This document shows positions 1 through 12,375 of a stretch of DNA of 64,000 nucleotides, piece by piece. Under the pieces are notes generated by a model. That model was not told the DNA's origin. It saw only the letters and a program-made list of their open reading frames with translations, and did no database searches. The translations under genes and the position numbers were made by a program. Each line of letters begins with the position of its first letter. The stretch's first letter is position 1. The stretch comes from Azolla caroliniana (taxonomy: Eukaryota > Plantae > Polypodiophyta), in NCBI GenBank assembly GCA_043228905.1, contig JBHGNT010000010.1, forward strand, positions 15,066,001 through 15,130,000, in the 5' to 3' direction.

Positions 1-255
1 GTGATTACCCATGGAGTCCTCGATGGGATACATCTGAGATGGTGCAGCGTGTTTGGTACATAATCTTATCTTTCATTATGGTGCAGCTACACTGAACACA
101 AATTCTGCAGTGTTGCTTATTTATTTGGAGAAATTTTCATTTATTTTCAACATACTTAACAATAAATATTGGTTTATTGCTACAGCGAGTTTATTGTTGA
201 GGAGAGTGGGAACTTCAAGAAATATTGTACTGACACATTGCAACGACTTCGGTAG
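1..255 (+). CDS. BABAM2: 3' end of BRISC/BRCA1-A complex member 2 (BRE/BRCC45); exons <1-55 and 186-255
   Basis: Spliced translation DYPWSPRWDTSEMVQRVC|EFIVEESGNFKKYCTDTLQRLR* resembles the BRE C-terminus (YP[WY]SPRW..EM..R....F...F). GT at 56, AG at 184-185, TAG at 253-255. Not in the ORF track. Confidence 0.85.
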
Positions 256-2601
256 GAAGAGCATGTGAATGTTTTTTGCTGTATATTTTCAACCCAGCCT
301 TCCTCAGTTGTGAATCGGGAACCCTCTGAGTGAGACAACCATAATCTATCTAAAGCTCGTGTGATGTATTTTTTAAATTTATTAAGAGAGTAACTTCTGA
401 AGTCTGCAGAGTTAATTATGGCAGATTTGATATAATAATTTTGGCATTTAAGATCAATATGGATGTAATATATCGCTATTGTAACATGTAAAAAGTTGTT
501 GGACAAAAATCCAAAATTTTGAAGAATATGGACCGATTTTTGACCTGTATCAATATTACTTACCTGTTTGAACTGAATGGTTTTATGTCCTGACACCGTC
601 TTAGTTTTTCTTGTGGTATTAGATGTTTTACACCTACCTATTGTCTTCTTTATATTAGTGTTTTTTATGTACAATTGGACTGGAGAGAGGGCACAGAGGT
701 AAGTAGGTCACATGATTGTAAACTTGAAAAGGTGAGAAGCCAAATGAAATAGAGAAGACTGAATGGCTGCAATAGATTGGGGACAATAAAAGGATCAGAA
801 TCATCAGATGTCCTTTGTGCCTGTCTATTTTTCTCTTATTTGTAGTGGGGCATGCTGACGTTTTCTGTGGTATTGGTCTTCTGCAATGTATGGAAACAAA
901 ACCTTGATTGAGTTTTAATAAGTTTGATAGTATATTCTTGAAGAATTTGGTGAACCGTTCTCCAATTAGCTCCTGGAATCATATCATTTACAGAACCAAA
1001 TTCAGGGAAGAAACCATTTCCTGTATATTTAGTGTTTCATCTATACAAAGGAAAATGCCTCCTTTGTCTATCATGGCACACCATGCAATGGTCATAAGTA
1101 TATCGTGCCTTCTGTGTAAATGTATCCACATGATGTGAACCACATGTAGAGGTTATTCAAAGTAATAAATGATGCTGAGTAGTTGCCAGTTGGATGCAAT
1201 GATTTTATAGAAACGTTTCATCATAAGTATGTAAAAGAATGGCTCCTCATAATGTGAACCATGAATATGAGATTATTCAAAGTAATGGATAATGCCTACA
1301 CGTACTAAAAGTATACTGTGCCCTTTGTGTACTTGGTTTTGATGATTTTGTACGAAAGTATGTTGTATATTTTGCATATTTGGTTTTGATGATTTTATAC
1401 AAACCACCGTCATAAATGGGTGAAAGATTGGTCCACTGTTCACAATTCCAAAGCCCCATAAGGTATCTCATCTTGATTGTTACGATTGTGCTGTAGGAGT
1501 TGCAATTCAAACTTCCAATGCTTCTCAATGACTTGCATGTATCAAGTTTGTGGAGAAAGGTCACGATTTTTCACTCATCTAATTACTAGAGGAATTCACA
1601 ACACTTCTCAATGATTTTTCTAAATGCACATATCTAGTTGGCATATCTAGTTGATGGACAAAGGTCATGATTTTTATCCCATCAAATCAGTTGAGTACTT
1701 CATCTCCGAAACAATCCCAATGGCAAATTCCTAGCCTCTTGTCTAGTCTATACAAATTTAGGTGGGAGAATATTATGTAAATTGAATTTCTAGACCAGAG
1801 GCTTTCAGTGCAATGCAGTTCCTATGTGTAATGTTTAAAGATTTAAAGGCCATATATAGATATCTGAGACTCATACACAAACTACTATTCTTCTTAGTTA
1901 ACTTTTATCAAACCAATGATGGTATTTTTAAAGGGATTTTACAAAACTCAGTGAGAGGTACGCATGCATATACGGTTAACCATGACAGCAGTTGTCAAAC
2001 TCAATTGATGATAAATTTATCTGTTTATTACAAGATGAAAACAAACAGCCATCTCAAGATAGAGCCTTCCCACATTCAATAACAAAATCATATGCTCATA
2101 GATTTCTTTCTTCTAATAAAGGGGAGAGGTTGAACCGTTATTAGCATCAGTAAGGCACTTTCAACCACCCTTCAAATTCTATATGGAGAACTAGAGCTCT
2201 TTAGAAGTCCCCTACTTCTGAAGGACAAGCTCAGCTATGAAACATTTACCACGATCTGAATAATCAAGGGTTCTAATTAAAATTTACAAAAGTATCTACA
2301 GTTGAGATCGCAAAGTTGTGACATCTTTGTAGATAACACTTTGAGCAAATGAACGTCCAAAAAAGCAAGGGATTTTTGGCAGTACATTTAATACATTAGT
2401 GTCCTAGAATATAACATCCATGGTGGCCATGCACTATCCCATCGATGTTATATCTATGACATGGCAGACCCACTATCAGCTGTCTGTGATTCGTTAATGC
2501 TTTTTGGGGTTTACCAAGGGCAACAGTTGTTGGATTCCATAGAAATTTCTATATATGTATATATCCTCGGATTGCTTCTGTACAAAAGTCCAACAAACCA
2601 T

Positions 2602-5600
2602 TCAATCACGCACTTGTAGTTTTATGTGGTTTTGGCCCGATGATTGTAGAATACGAAAGCACTCAGAAACATCAGCATCACAAGTGAGTATGACCCACTC
2701 TTCATCATCATCTAGATACTTCAGCTGAAACCCATCTATCTTCAGTTTGAATCTTTTACCAATTTCTTCTCTTATATCGTTGTACCCGATGTCCAACTTT
2801 ACACGGAATCGCGCAATATCATCTTTGTATGTTGCCTTGATGGTTGCATACGTATCTTCCAAATCTCGTCTCTCATTCCGGGAGCTATTGTCTCCGCTTA
2901 ATGAGCCTGACCCAGACTCGCTTCCTTGCATTCTTGATGATTCTAAATCAGGAGAAGATCCAGCTATTTCTTGAGAGCTTTGGCTAGCTTCTTCACCTTC
3001 AGATGTCGGGGTGTGCATCCTCATGATACCTGGAATATCCAAGTTTATTGTTCCAGAATTATAGTTCATAAATGCATTCTCTCTCTCAAATGACCCGAGT
3101 GCTCCTCGTAAGTTTTTCAACATCATAAAAGAATCGAAATTCCCATGGCTCTGGGACTCATAACTATTGTCATCACCTGCACTCACATTATTAAAATTCA
3201 CCTTCCCTTTCTCATCATAAACAGAAACAACTCGTGACGGGAGATCAGCCATCAACGACATCCGACTGGAAATATTTGGATAAATGTGATTCTCCCTTAC
3301 TTCAAATGTTTTTCCTCTTGAAGGATGTTCATTATTCCCATTGACCTTAAATAATTGTCCTCTTAGAGGATGTCCGTTATTCCCATTTACTTCAAATAAT
3401 ATTGTTGAAGGTTGCTCATTATTCACATGAACCCCAAATGTTTTTCTTCTTGAAGGAAGTTCATCTACTTGCATTTCGCTCAGCTCTCTGACCTGGTCAC
3501 TAGCTTCCTTCCCTGCGCTACTACACCCAACCGCTTCCATATCAAGTGAAGTTCTCCCTAAAGGAGAACATGAATCATCTCTTGCCACTGAAGCCATTGG
3601 CATGTTCTCAGAAAACTTGCATCCAGTCGTTTCTCTCTCTAAAATCACAGGTCCTATACTTGTAGAGAAAGAGGAATCACCCAAACTATGGTCCTTCGTA
3701 GAATCTAAAGAGGGAGGTTTTCCATTATTAGCCTCCCATGAGAGGGCCCACCCACCCAGTTCAATTGCTGAGCTGTTGTCACTGCTTGTTTGTACACGCT
3801 TTACAGCTGCTGCTAGAGCTGACAGATTATTTATTTTCAAGGTACCATCTGCACCCTCTACTGAGTCAATCACACATTGCAGCTTCTTGAGTGAGCGGTT
3901 GACCTTGTTGATCTTCCTCGATGGCCACCTTGAGATCCCATGTTGCCGGCATATTCTCTTCAGTGTTGTTGGACACACTGTGTCATATACATTTTACGGC
4001 ATTTATAACAATTTATAACATACATCCACACCCCACACACATAAAGATCCTAAAGGGAATAAGCACAACTCAATAATACTTATTTAAGGTGGCAAAAAGG
4101 AGTAGCCAAACACTAGAACAAAAACATTGAGGACATCTATAATGCACATGCAAACGTATACAGAAGAAATCACATACAAGTATCTATGAGCAAATCTAAC
4201 TTCCTTGAGGAACTAAAAGGGTGACAAATCCTTGAAACAATAAAGAAGAGGAAAACCGAGAGTAACCAAACATTAGAACAAAAAATCAGGGATATTCATA
4301 AGACAGACACAGAGAAATCAAATACAATAAGTTGTGATCGAATCTAATACTCGAGGAAATAAAAGGTTGGCAAATCCTTGGAACAAAAGAAGAGGACAGT
4401 GGAAACCTATGTTCCATATAACACTTTCATGTCAAGAAGAGTGGAATGAATCATTTTATCAACCACTTCTACCCTTTAATCTGTATATCATTGGGTCTTG
4501 ACTTGGTTTATAAGGCTTTACTTTATATTTCAGAAAACCACAACTTTCAAGAATAAGTTGTGCTATTGTCTATGACATGGATATTCAAACCATAACTGCT
4601 GAAGCATAGATACAATTTCGTCAATCTAGAGCAGAAAACATCCCAGCTAAAGTAAAGAGTCATTAATTTCAAGTTGCATACACTTGACGAAGCACATTAG
4701 ACAAAAGTATCATTAATGATGTAAAAGAAAGAAGAGATTGCATACCACCGAGGCTTTTAGCAGCATCCTTTAAACTACCAGCAAAGTATTGTTGCAGAAC
4801 ACTGAGGCTAACAGATTTTTCCGTCATCCCCCGGCGCCTGCTTTCAGACTGCCCTTTAGTGCTGGTTCTATCTTCATGCAATTCTTTTACTGACTTCTGG
4901 GACGAATAGTTCTCATCTGTATGAGACTGAGGTGGTCTTGATTTATCTACGATGACAGAACTACTTGACCTCATATCACAATGAGGAATAACTTGTTCAC
5001 TAATTCGTGACGAATGCAAGTTTTCTCGCTGCCCATTTATTCGCTCATTGAGTTGAGAGGATGACAAGGCATCTTGTTGCCTATTAATTCGCTCACCAAG
5101 TTGGGAAGAAATATTATTCTCTCTTTGGACATGCACTTGATCATTAGGGATAGACACTTCAGTAGACACGGAACTTGAATCACAACCTGAACCATACGGC
5201 TTCAGTAATGGGAGATCATCACTGCTACCTGACAGATTTGCATGTAAGTCTATGCCTTTCAAGTTAGTCTTTTCCTCTTGCAATTCTTCAATGGTGATTG
5301 TGCGCAAACTTCTGCAAATGCATTGCATAGTTACAGAAATTGCATTCAGCAATAACTGTTGCTCTTCGGGATCCAAGCATGATTGTGGTAAGAAGAACTC
5401 CAACACATAGTCATTCTTACCCGTATGCACACTTCTAAGCCGAATAGCAACAGCTGCGTGGAGATTGAACATCCGAGCATGATGACAAAGTGGATATTCT
5501 TCTTTGCTACAGCCTTTGACATCAGAACAAAAGACAGGTTCATTGGAAACCAATGCTTTACCAGGAACGCCTTGTCCAGTGTCCAGAAAGTACTCTGAGC

Positions 5601-7301
5601 ATGCTTCTCTGAACTTAGCAATCCTGGAATCGGTGAGGTAATGGGGACCATCCCCAGTAAAAAGACCTACTCTGGTGGTATCACAGCTAGCTGGACCAGA
5701 AAAATGGCACTCTCCCGTTTGATCAAGAACATTAGAAAACCGGCAAGGAATCCATGTCTGAGCCAGTGGAAGTTTATGGACCCCACCAACTGCCATCAAG
5801 ATCTCGAAGATTTCTTTGAGAACCAGTTGTCTAGAGGTTTCTGACACCTGATGCAAACAAGACTTAGTAGGATAAGCTATGATCAAGATTTAGTATCAGC
5901 AGCTATTGGCTAAAGAATTACAATCCAGCGTTAACTGGAAAATCCATGAGCAAGAGTCACTTGGAGAATCTATAGGCAGAATTAGTTGGAAACCTTATAA
6001 GCAGGAGATATTTGGGGAACGAATGAAACAGTCAAGATACAATACCTGAAGTGGAAGGTGAGACGGCTTCTCCACGCTCCCAAGGTTGACCTTCTGTAAG
6101 AATCAAAGAAAAACCATGATTAAGAAAGTGTTTATCTTCTTTGCAAGAATATCATTTCAAAAATTTAGAAATATCAGTTGAAGTTACGCTAATCAAACAT
6201 TTTTCACATTACATTAAGGGCTTCACAAACGCTTTCAATCTCATTCTTGTACTCCAACTGTTCTTTCGACATAACTAGCTCAAGAACCGCGACACAACGA
6301 CCCGAACCCTTCTCTACGACAGGCAAAGCCAATGATCCCCGAATACCAAAGTGTACTGCATCTTCGACTCGGAGATACTCACTCTTACTGTAAAATTGCA
6401 CATTTGGTGTCCATTCCGGAAGCTTCTTTAGAAAGACTCGACCCGGAAGCCCAGGTAATGCCACTGGATCATCTTGCTCAACCGAGAACTTATAATTATT
6501 AGAGATCTCCCTATATTTAGAAAGGGAATCATTGTTGGGCTTGTGCAATAAACTTAGCTGTCTATAAGTGCTTAAGAAAACCCTGTCTTCATGCTTCTGA
6601 GGTACCCATACTTGTACGAGAATACCATTGCCAGATAAATGTAAGTAGTTTGTAAGTGCAAGTTTAATCCGATCAGTAAAAGGTAGATTACCCAATGCCG
6701 AATCATTCCAAGTCGTAATGTGTTTTTCCTGTAGTTGATAACTTGAATATGGAAATTTCAATTTAGACTTCTTCGCTTCAATTACATCTGTAACACACAA
6801 TCGAGACTCGCGGTCTATTGCTTCTGATACGGTATCTTCCATCGCTCCTTCTTGTGGGAGATGCCTATGGTTTATCACTTGAGAAGAAGGAGAAACATTC
6901 GTTGGCCCGGAGATGGACATAGGAATGCGGTGCAATGAATGCAAAGAAATGTCAGAAATTTGTTCCTTAACGTTGTAATTTGGATTGGAATCTATTGAAG
7001 GTTGGATAATTGGAGAGGAAAATCCAGGGCTTAGAGAGTATGGATTAATACCTCTCGGGGAGTCGAGGAAAGGTGGAGGACTAGAGGAAAAGAGAGGAAA
7101 AGAAAGGAAAGTATCAGAGGAATAAGGAGAAAAAGCAGTGGGTGAAAAACCCATTATATAATTACATTCCGATGTAGCCTCTGAAAGAATAGCATCTAGA
7201 TCCATAAGCTCGTCGAGAACAGTGTCCTCTCCGGGTTTAGAATTAGGGTTAGGATAAGGATAAGAGTAAGGGTAAGAGTTGGGGTTATGGTTGGGGTTCA
7301 T
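2602..7301 (-). CDS. NLP: NIN-like protein (GAF-like + RWP-RK + PB1), about 1204 aa; exons 7301-6213, 6093-6046, 5847-4746, 3977-2602
   Basis: Motifs [46 protein letters not shown]|[30 protein letters not shown] and a C-terminal PB1 ([30 protein letters not shown]). All four exons have GT/AG ends and sum to 3615 nt in frame. Confidence 0.96.
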
Positions 7302-7329
7302 TATATCGCTTGATTAGCCTCCTGTATGC

Positions 7330-8108
7330 GAACTGAGCTATGTTCTAAGGTTAGGGTTAGGGATTATTTTGGTTCTGATATATGTTCTGTTCTAGGTTTG
7401 GGTTAAGATTAGGATTTACTCTATCTATTGAACTGTCTTCCTCTATTTGTCACAAGTCCTGTTCTATGTTTGGTTGGGAGTTATTCTATTTATTGAGTTT
7501 TCTTCTAGATATGATGCTAGTTCTGTTCTATGGTTAGGCTTTTCTCTAGTTGTGACGCAAGATTTGTTTTAGGGTTCGGGTTTGGTTTAGGATTAGAGTT
7601 ATGGTTTATTCCATCTATTGACTTGCCTTTTAGAGGCGATGCAAGATCTATTCTGAGGTTTGAGTTAGGGTGAGGATTTATTCTTTCTGTTGACTTTCCT
7701 TTCCAAATCTGATGCAATCTCTGCTCTAAGGTTAGATTTAGGGTTTATTGTATCTGTTGACTTGCCGTTCTATATGTTATGCAAGCTCTGTTCATCGGTT
7801 TGAGTTCATTGTATCTATTTACTTCCCTTTCTGTTTGCCATGCAAGATCTATTCAATGGTTAGGGTTCATTCCATCTATTGGCTTCCCTCTCTAGTTCTG
7901 AGTTAATCTTTTGCAAAAGAGATATCAAATGTGATGCAACCTGCAACCTCTGTTCTAGGATTAGGGTTTTCTCTATCTCTTGATTTACCTTACCTTTTCT
8001 GCTGTGCAAGAAGTTGTTCACGGTCGGATTAGGGTTTATCATATATATCGAATTGCCTTCTTTTGCTGTGATGCGATACCTGTTCTCGGGTTAGGGTTGA
8101 CTCTTACC

Positions 8109-8140
<32 letters not shown>
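7330..8140. repeat. Degenerate 60-70 bp tandem array rich in TTAGGG/telo-box-like motifs, probably in a 5'UTR intron of the NLP gene
   Basis: Recurring blocks gatgcaag..ctgttcta(a)ggtt(a/t)gggtt..tctattgactt. Minus-strand candidate acceptor near 7323 and donors near 8107 and 8303. Ends in (TGAT)n at about 8112-8140. Confidence 0.55.
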
Positions 8141-9264
8141 AGCCATCTTAGATGTGATGCAAGTCCTGTGCTAGGTTTGTAAATGGCTTTTCTTTCCGAT
8201 GTGATGAAAGACTCTGTTTTCCTGAGTGGGCTCTTTTCAAATTTGCAGCAGAAAAAGACCAGGGCTAGCTGCAGCCATGGCCATATGGAGAAGAAGATCT
8301 TACCTCTAGATTGCTGATTTGGGTAGGGAGGGGGTGGGGTTTTTTTTTTTTTTTTTTGTTCTTTTTTCCTTTTCTTTGATCCTCTTTTAGCTGCTGCTTC
8401 TTCTTAATCTACCAAAGCATTAGAGCCATGGCTGTTCTTTCATCAAACCATCATTGCTCTGTTTTCTTCCTCAATGCTCTGTTCCTTTCCTTTCCTTTCC
8501 TTCTTTGCATAGGGTTAGGGTTGGATCAATGGTGGAAAAAGAGAGAGAGAGAGATTCTGAAAGAACAGAAAAGAGGATGGATGAATGATTGATTGGCCTT
8601 TTATGAATTAAAATTTTTCATCCTATCATTCTCCATTTACTGCTCAAAAAAGCTTATATATATAACTTTTTGGGGGAAGAAAAAAGAAGAAGAAGCTTAT
8701 ATATAAACCTTCTTCTCTCTTTATAGAAACAAAAAAAACAAAAAAAACAAAATTGGGGAGAAAAGGGGGAAAGAAATAAATACACAAAGATTTAACTAAT
8801 CACCAAAGTTGCCAAATCACACACATGTCTCTCTCTCTCTCTCTCTCTTCATGCTGATGTAGAAAGTGCAAACAGAGAGACACAGAGACAGAGAGAAAGA
8901 GAGAAAGAGAAAGAGACTTAACAAAAGAGAGACATAGAGACCAATCTACAAAGAAGACCACTTCTTCTTTCTCTTCCACCACTCTTTTTACACACACGCA
9001 CCCTCCCCACTTTCTCTCTATAACAAAAAAACCCTTCTCTCGATCGAATGACCTCATCATCGATGTCACTTCCTTGTTTCGTCTCTCGCATCTCTTCTTA
9101 CAAGAGGCTCTCTTCTCATTGAGAAACTCAGACTAAGACTGAGAGAGAGAGAGAGAGAGCGACAAGAGAGCCCAATTGTTGGCCAGTAGTAAACCCATGC
9201 GCCCCAACCCCACATATCATTTCACTAGAACATGAAAGTCCGGGATGTGACAATGGTAAGGGGG

Positions 9265-9562
9265 GTGACAATCGTGGGGCATGGGGGCATGGGGGAGGAG
9301 AAGGAGAAGAAGGAGATGTGTGTTTGTGTGTGTGTATGTGTGACAATTGTGGGCCCGACAATCGTGGGGCATGGGGGAGGAGGAGAAGGAGATGTGTGTG
9401 TATGTGTGTGTGTGACAATTGTGGGGCCGACAATCGTGGGGCATGGGGGAGGAGGAGAAGGAGATGTGTGTGTATGTGTGTGTGTGACAATTGTGGGGCC
9501 GACAATTGTGGGGCATGGGGGAGGAGAAGGAGAAGAATGAGATGTGTGTGTGTGTGTGTGTG
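9265..9562. repeat. 72-bp minisatellite (about 4 copies) containing (TG)n tracts
   Basis: Unit tgacaattgtggggccgacaatcgtggggcatgggggaggaggagaaggagatgtgtgtg.. starts at 9341, 9413 and 9485. Explains the repetitive spurious ORFs here. Confidence 0.9.
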
Positions 9563-12317
9563 ATCTGTAGGAATCGCCTCTCCAATGACTTGATAGATAA
9601 TCGATGCCTCCACACATTGAAGTTGAGCTGCGGGTTGCTTGCCCCCCTCCCCCCCCCCTTTGTTGAGACAATTTCCTCGTCGAACACTACAGTTTTTCTC
9701 TAAATGTGTTGCTTATTCGACTTTTCGAAGCCACCTCTCCCACTTGATCTTTGCTCATGTCCCCCTCCCCCGACAAAAGGGATGCGTCGATGTGCGACAA
9801 CACACCTCTCAAAGTTAATGACCCCTCGTGTTAAGAGATCCTGAGTACTTTCATGGAGAGAATGGAAGGAAATAGGTGATGCGTCACAACCATATGTAAG
9901 TAAGTAAAGTTTGGGATCATTCAATCATCAAATTTTTTTGGGCCCCTCTCGAATAACTCAAATGTACGTATGTGTTTGGATTTTCTGTGTTGTTAGATCT
10001 CTTCCGCATCTGAATACAACCACACATTGAAGAGAAAAAAGAAAGAAAATTCGTAAATTTGTTTGTGCACGATGTATTTATATGGCCGAACTTTAGATCT
10101 TGGAAACTTTGTTTTTTTGCTCTTTACTTTTTTTAGGCTTTAAACAAATCATGTTAATTACTTGCATATGCCTATAAGATTGTTTTTTATGACCTCTTTC
10201 CAAAACTCAACCGTTGTTCATGCACTTCATAATACCACCACTTTATCCACAAAGTCTTTGTCTACTCACACGTTGAGAGGGGTGGAAAGATGCAATGACA
10301 ATTCTTTTTATAACCTTCAACATTTTTAAGACCTAGAGGTTTTTTGATCGAATCATATAGCATGCTACATGCATGTACATGATGAACATAAGCTATGAGG
10401 CAGAGTACATAGACATCAAAGAAATAAATATGTTAGTAAATGTCCTTATCCCAATCAACAACGCAATGTTATTTTTCACTAAGCTAAGTTGGCAACTCCG
10501 TGGAATCTATTACAAACTTTGGTACTACTATTGCATTTACGATTTACTTGCTCTTGTTGTGAGAGGGTTTTGACTGCAATTGCTAATCTAAGAAACATTG
10601 ATAGAAACCAATTGCATTACTAGCTTCGAGATATATGTGATGTGTACAAGGACATGGGCTTTGAGCAAGTGAGACTATTTTTTAATAGCTAAAAATTGTG
10701 GAAATAAAAACATAACGAAATCTGTTAATTTTGAAGCAACTTCATACATTATGATAAGCCTTGGTTTCCAATCCTCGATTAGAGAGATACATGAGAAATG
10801 ATTGATTCCCTTGGTTCCGGCCCCTCCACCATCAAATAATTTCTTTCATAGAACAAAACTAGAATATGCTCACATGTTTAAGCCATATTAATCCGCCATC
10901 ATGTGAAATCAACTTTAGGTGTCAAGGCAACCTTACTTTTTCAAATGCATCAATCAGCCGAATATCTTCTATGTTTGCAACAATATTAAACCCATAACTA
11001 AATACAAGAGCACCTTGTTTTTCCATACTTAAGTAGTTACACAAATACCATCACATAAAGCTTTGTTTATTGTTCTTAGTGCATATGAGTCTTAAGATTG
11101 AACAAGTGGTGAGCTCGCTAACCTCACAAGTTGCCTTTACCTTTGCATATTCTATATGAACATGCACGAGTCAACAATTGAAGCCCAATCCTCAAATTTG
11201 GTCATGGCTATCCTTATATTGCGACATAGTCCAATGCAGAAGGTGTGGTGTTTCAGCATTTATGATCACTCCTCGTCCAAACTAGGTCTAAGAATGTACA
11301 ACCACTAGGTATGTGCTAGAGCAAAGAGTGGTATGACTCGGTTGATATATATACCCCTACATTCAACATGCAACATATTGTCAACAATTATTATGATACA
11401 TGATTAGGTGCATGTAAAATAATTTTGGTTTACCACTAAGGTATAGGCCTAGCACAATAACTAATGCAAAGACATAATATCATCTTCCCCATTAGGATGT
11501 TATGCAATTAAGCAAAAGCATGTGTTGCAAGGGAAGTATGCTTTTGATAACCCATATTTTCAATATTCTTGGTTTTTAGTAATTGAGGAGTACACATGAT
11601 GAGGGCAAGGGGCTATTGACAATCTCTTCTTTTGTCATAATGTATACATAATTAGAATCCGAAGCATGGGTTGGATGTGCTCACAATGTTAGGTCCTAGT
11701 TGTTATTCCTTCGATCAAGTTGGCCAATGGAGTTAGGTGTACTTAGGAATTTGGCTACCACATAGTTTTAGACTTTGTAATCAATGCACTGTTCAAAGAA
11801 CCTGTAATGAATGAGCCACTCTATTAATTTAATGTCATCGTTATTGTTGCCCGACCATATGTCAAAAGCCTACAAACGCTAATGTTTTGTAACTAAAAAG
11901 TTCAAATTTTTTTTAATAAAAATATGTATGTGTGTGCCTTTCTCTCTCCTCCTTTCTTCTTTGTTTGTCATACAACCCTCTCCTCCTAATGTAGCTAGTT
12001 GGAGTATGTGGAATGAAGGTCACGATATTAGTAATTTAGTTCTTAATCACACTTTTCCTATGCAATTGGCAAACTTGTGTGGAGCCGACCTACAAGGAGA
12101 TAGAGTCAACGATAATGTTATGTCTTATTATGATACAAATCGAAAATGTCCAACCAAGACTTTTGTGAATGTGAGTGAGAGAGGCAATCGAGATAAGAGA
12201 TATTGCTCATAATGGTAGGTCCTAAATTCTCCCAAGCTAGAATTCAAAGAAACAAGAGAGTCTAGAGAGACTGCATGCATGAACAGGTTACAAGAATCCC
12301 TTGCCCAAATAGAAATC

Positions 12318-12319
<2 letters not shown>

Positions 12320-12373
<54 letters not shown>
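12320..12373. repeat. (AG)n microsatellite
   Basis: Pure AG dinucleotide run of about 54 bp. Confidence 0.95.

Positions 12374-12375
<2 letters not shown>

Noticed and set aside
180-2082. Short ORFs between BRE and NLP
   Set aside because: AT-rich UTR or intergenic sequence with no recognisable domains or splice structure.
9128-9703. Overlapping ORFs with extensin-like or His/Thr repeats
   Set aside because: Translations of a 72-bp minisatellite with (TG)n, open in many frames, with no gene structure.
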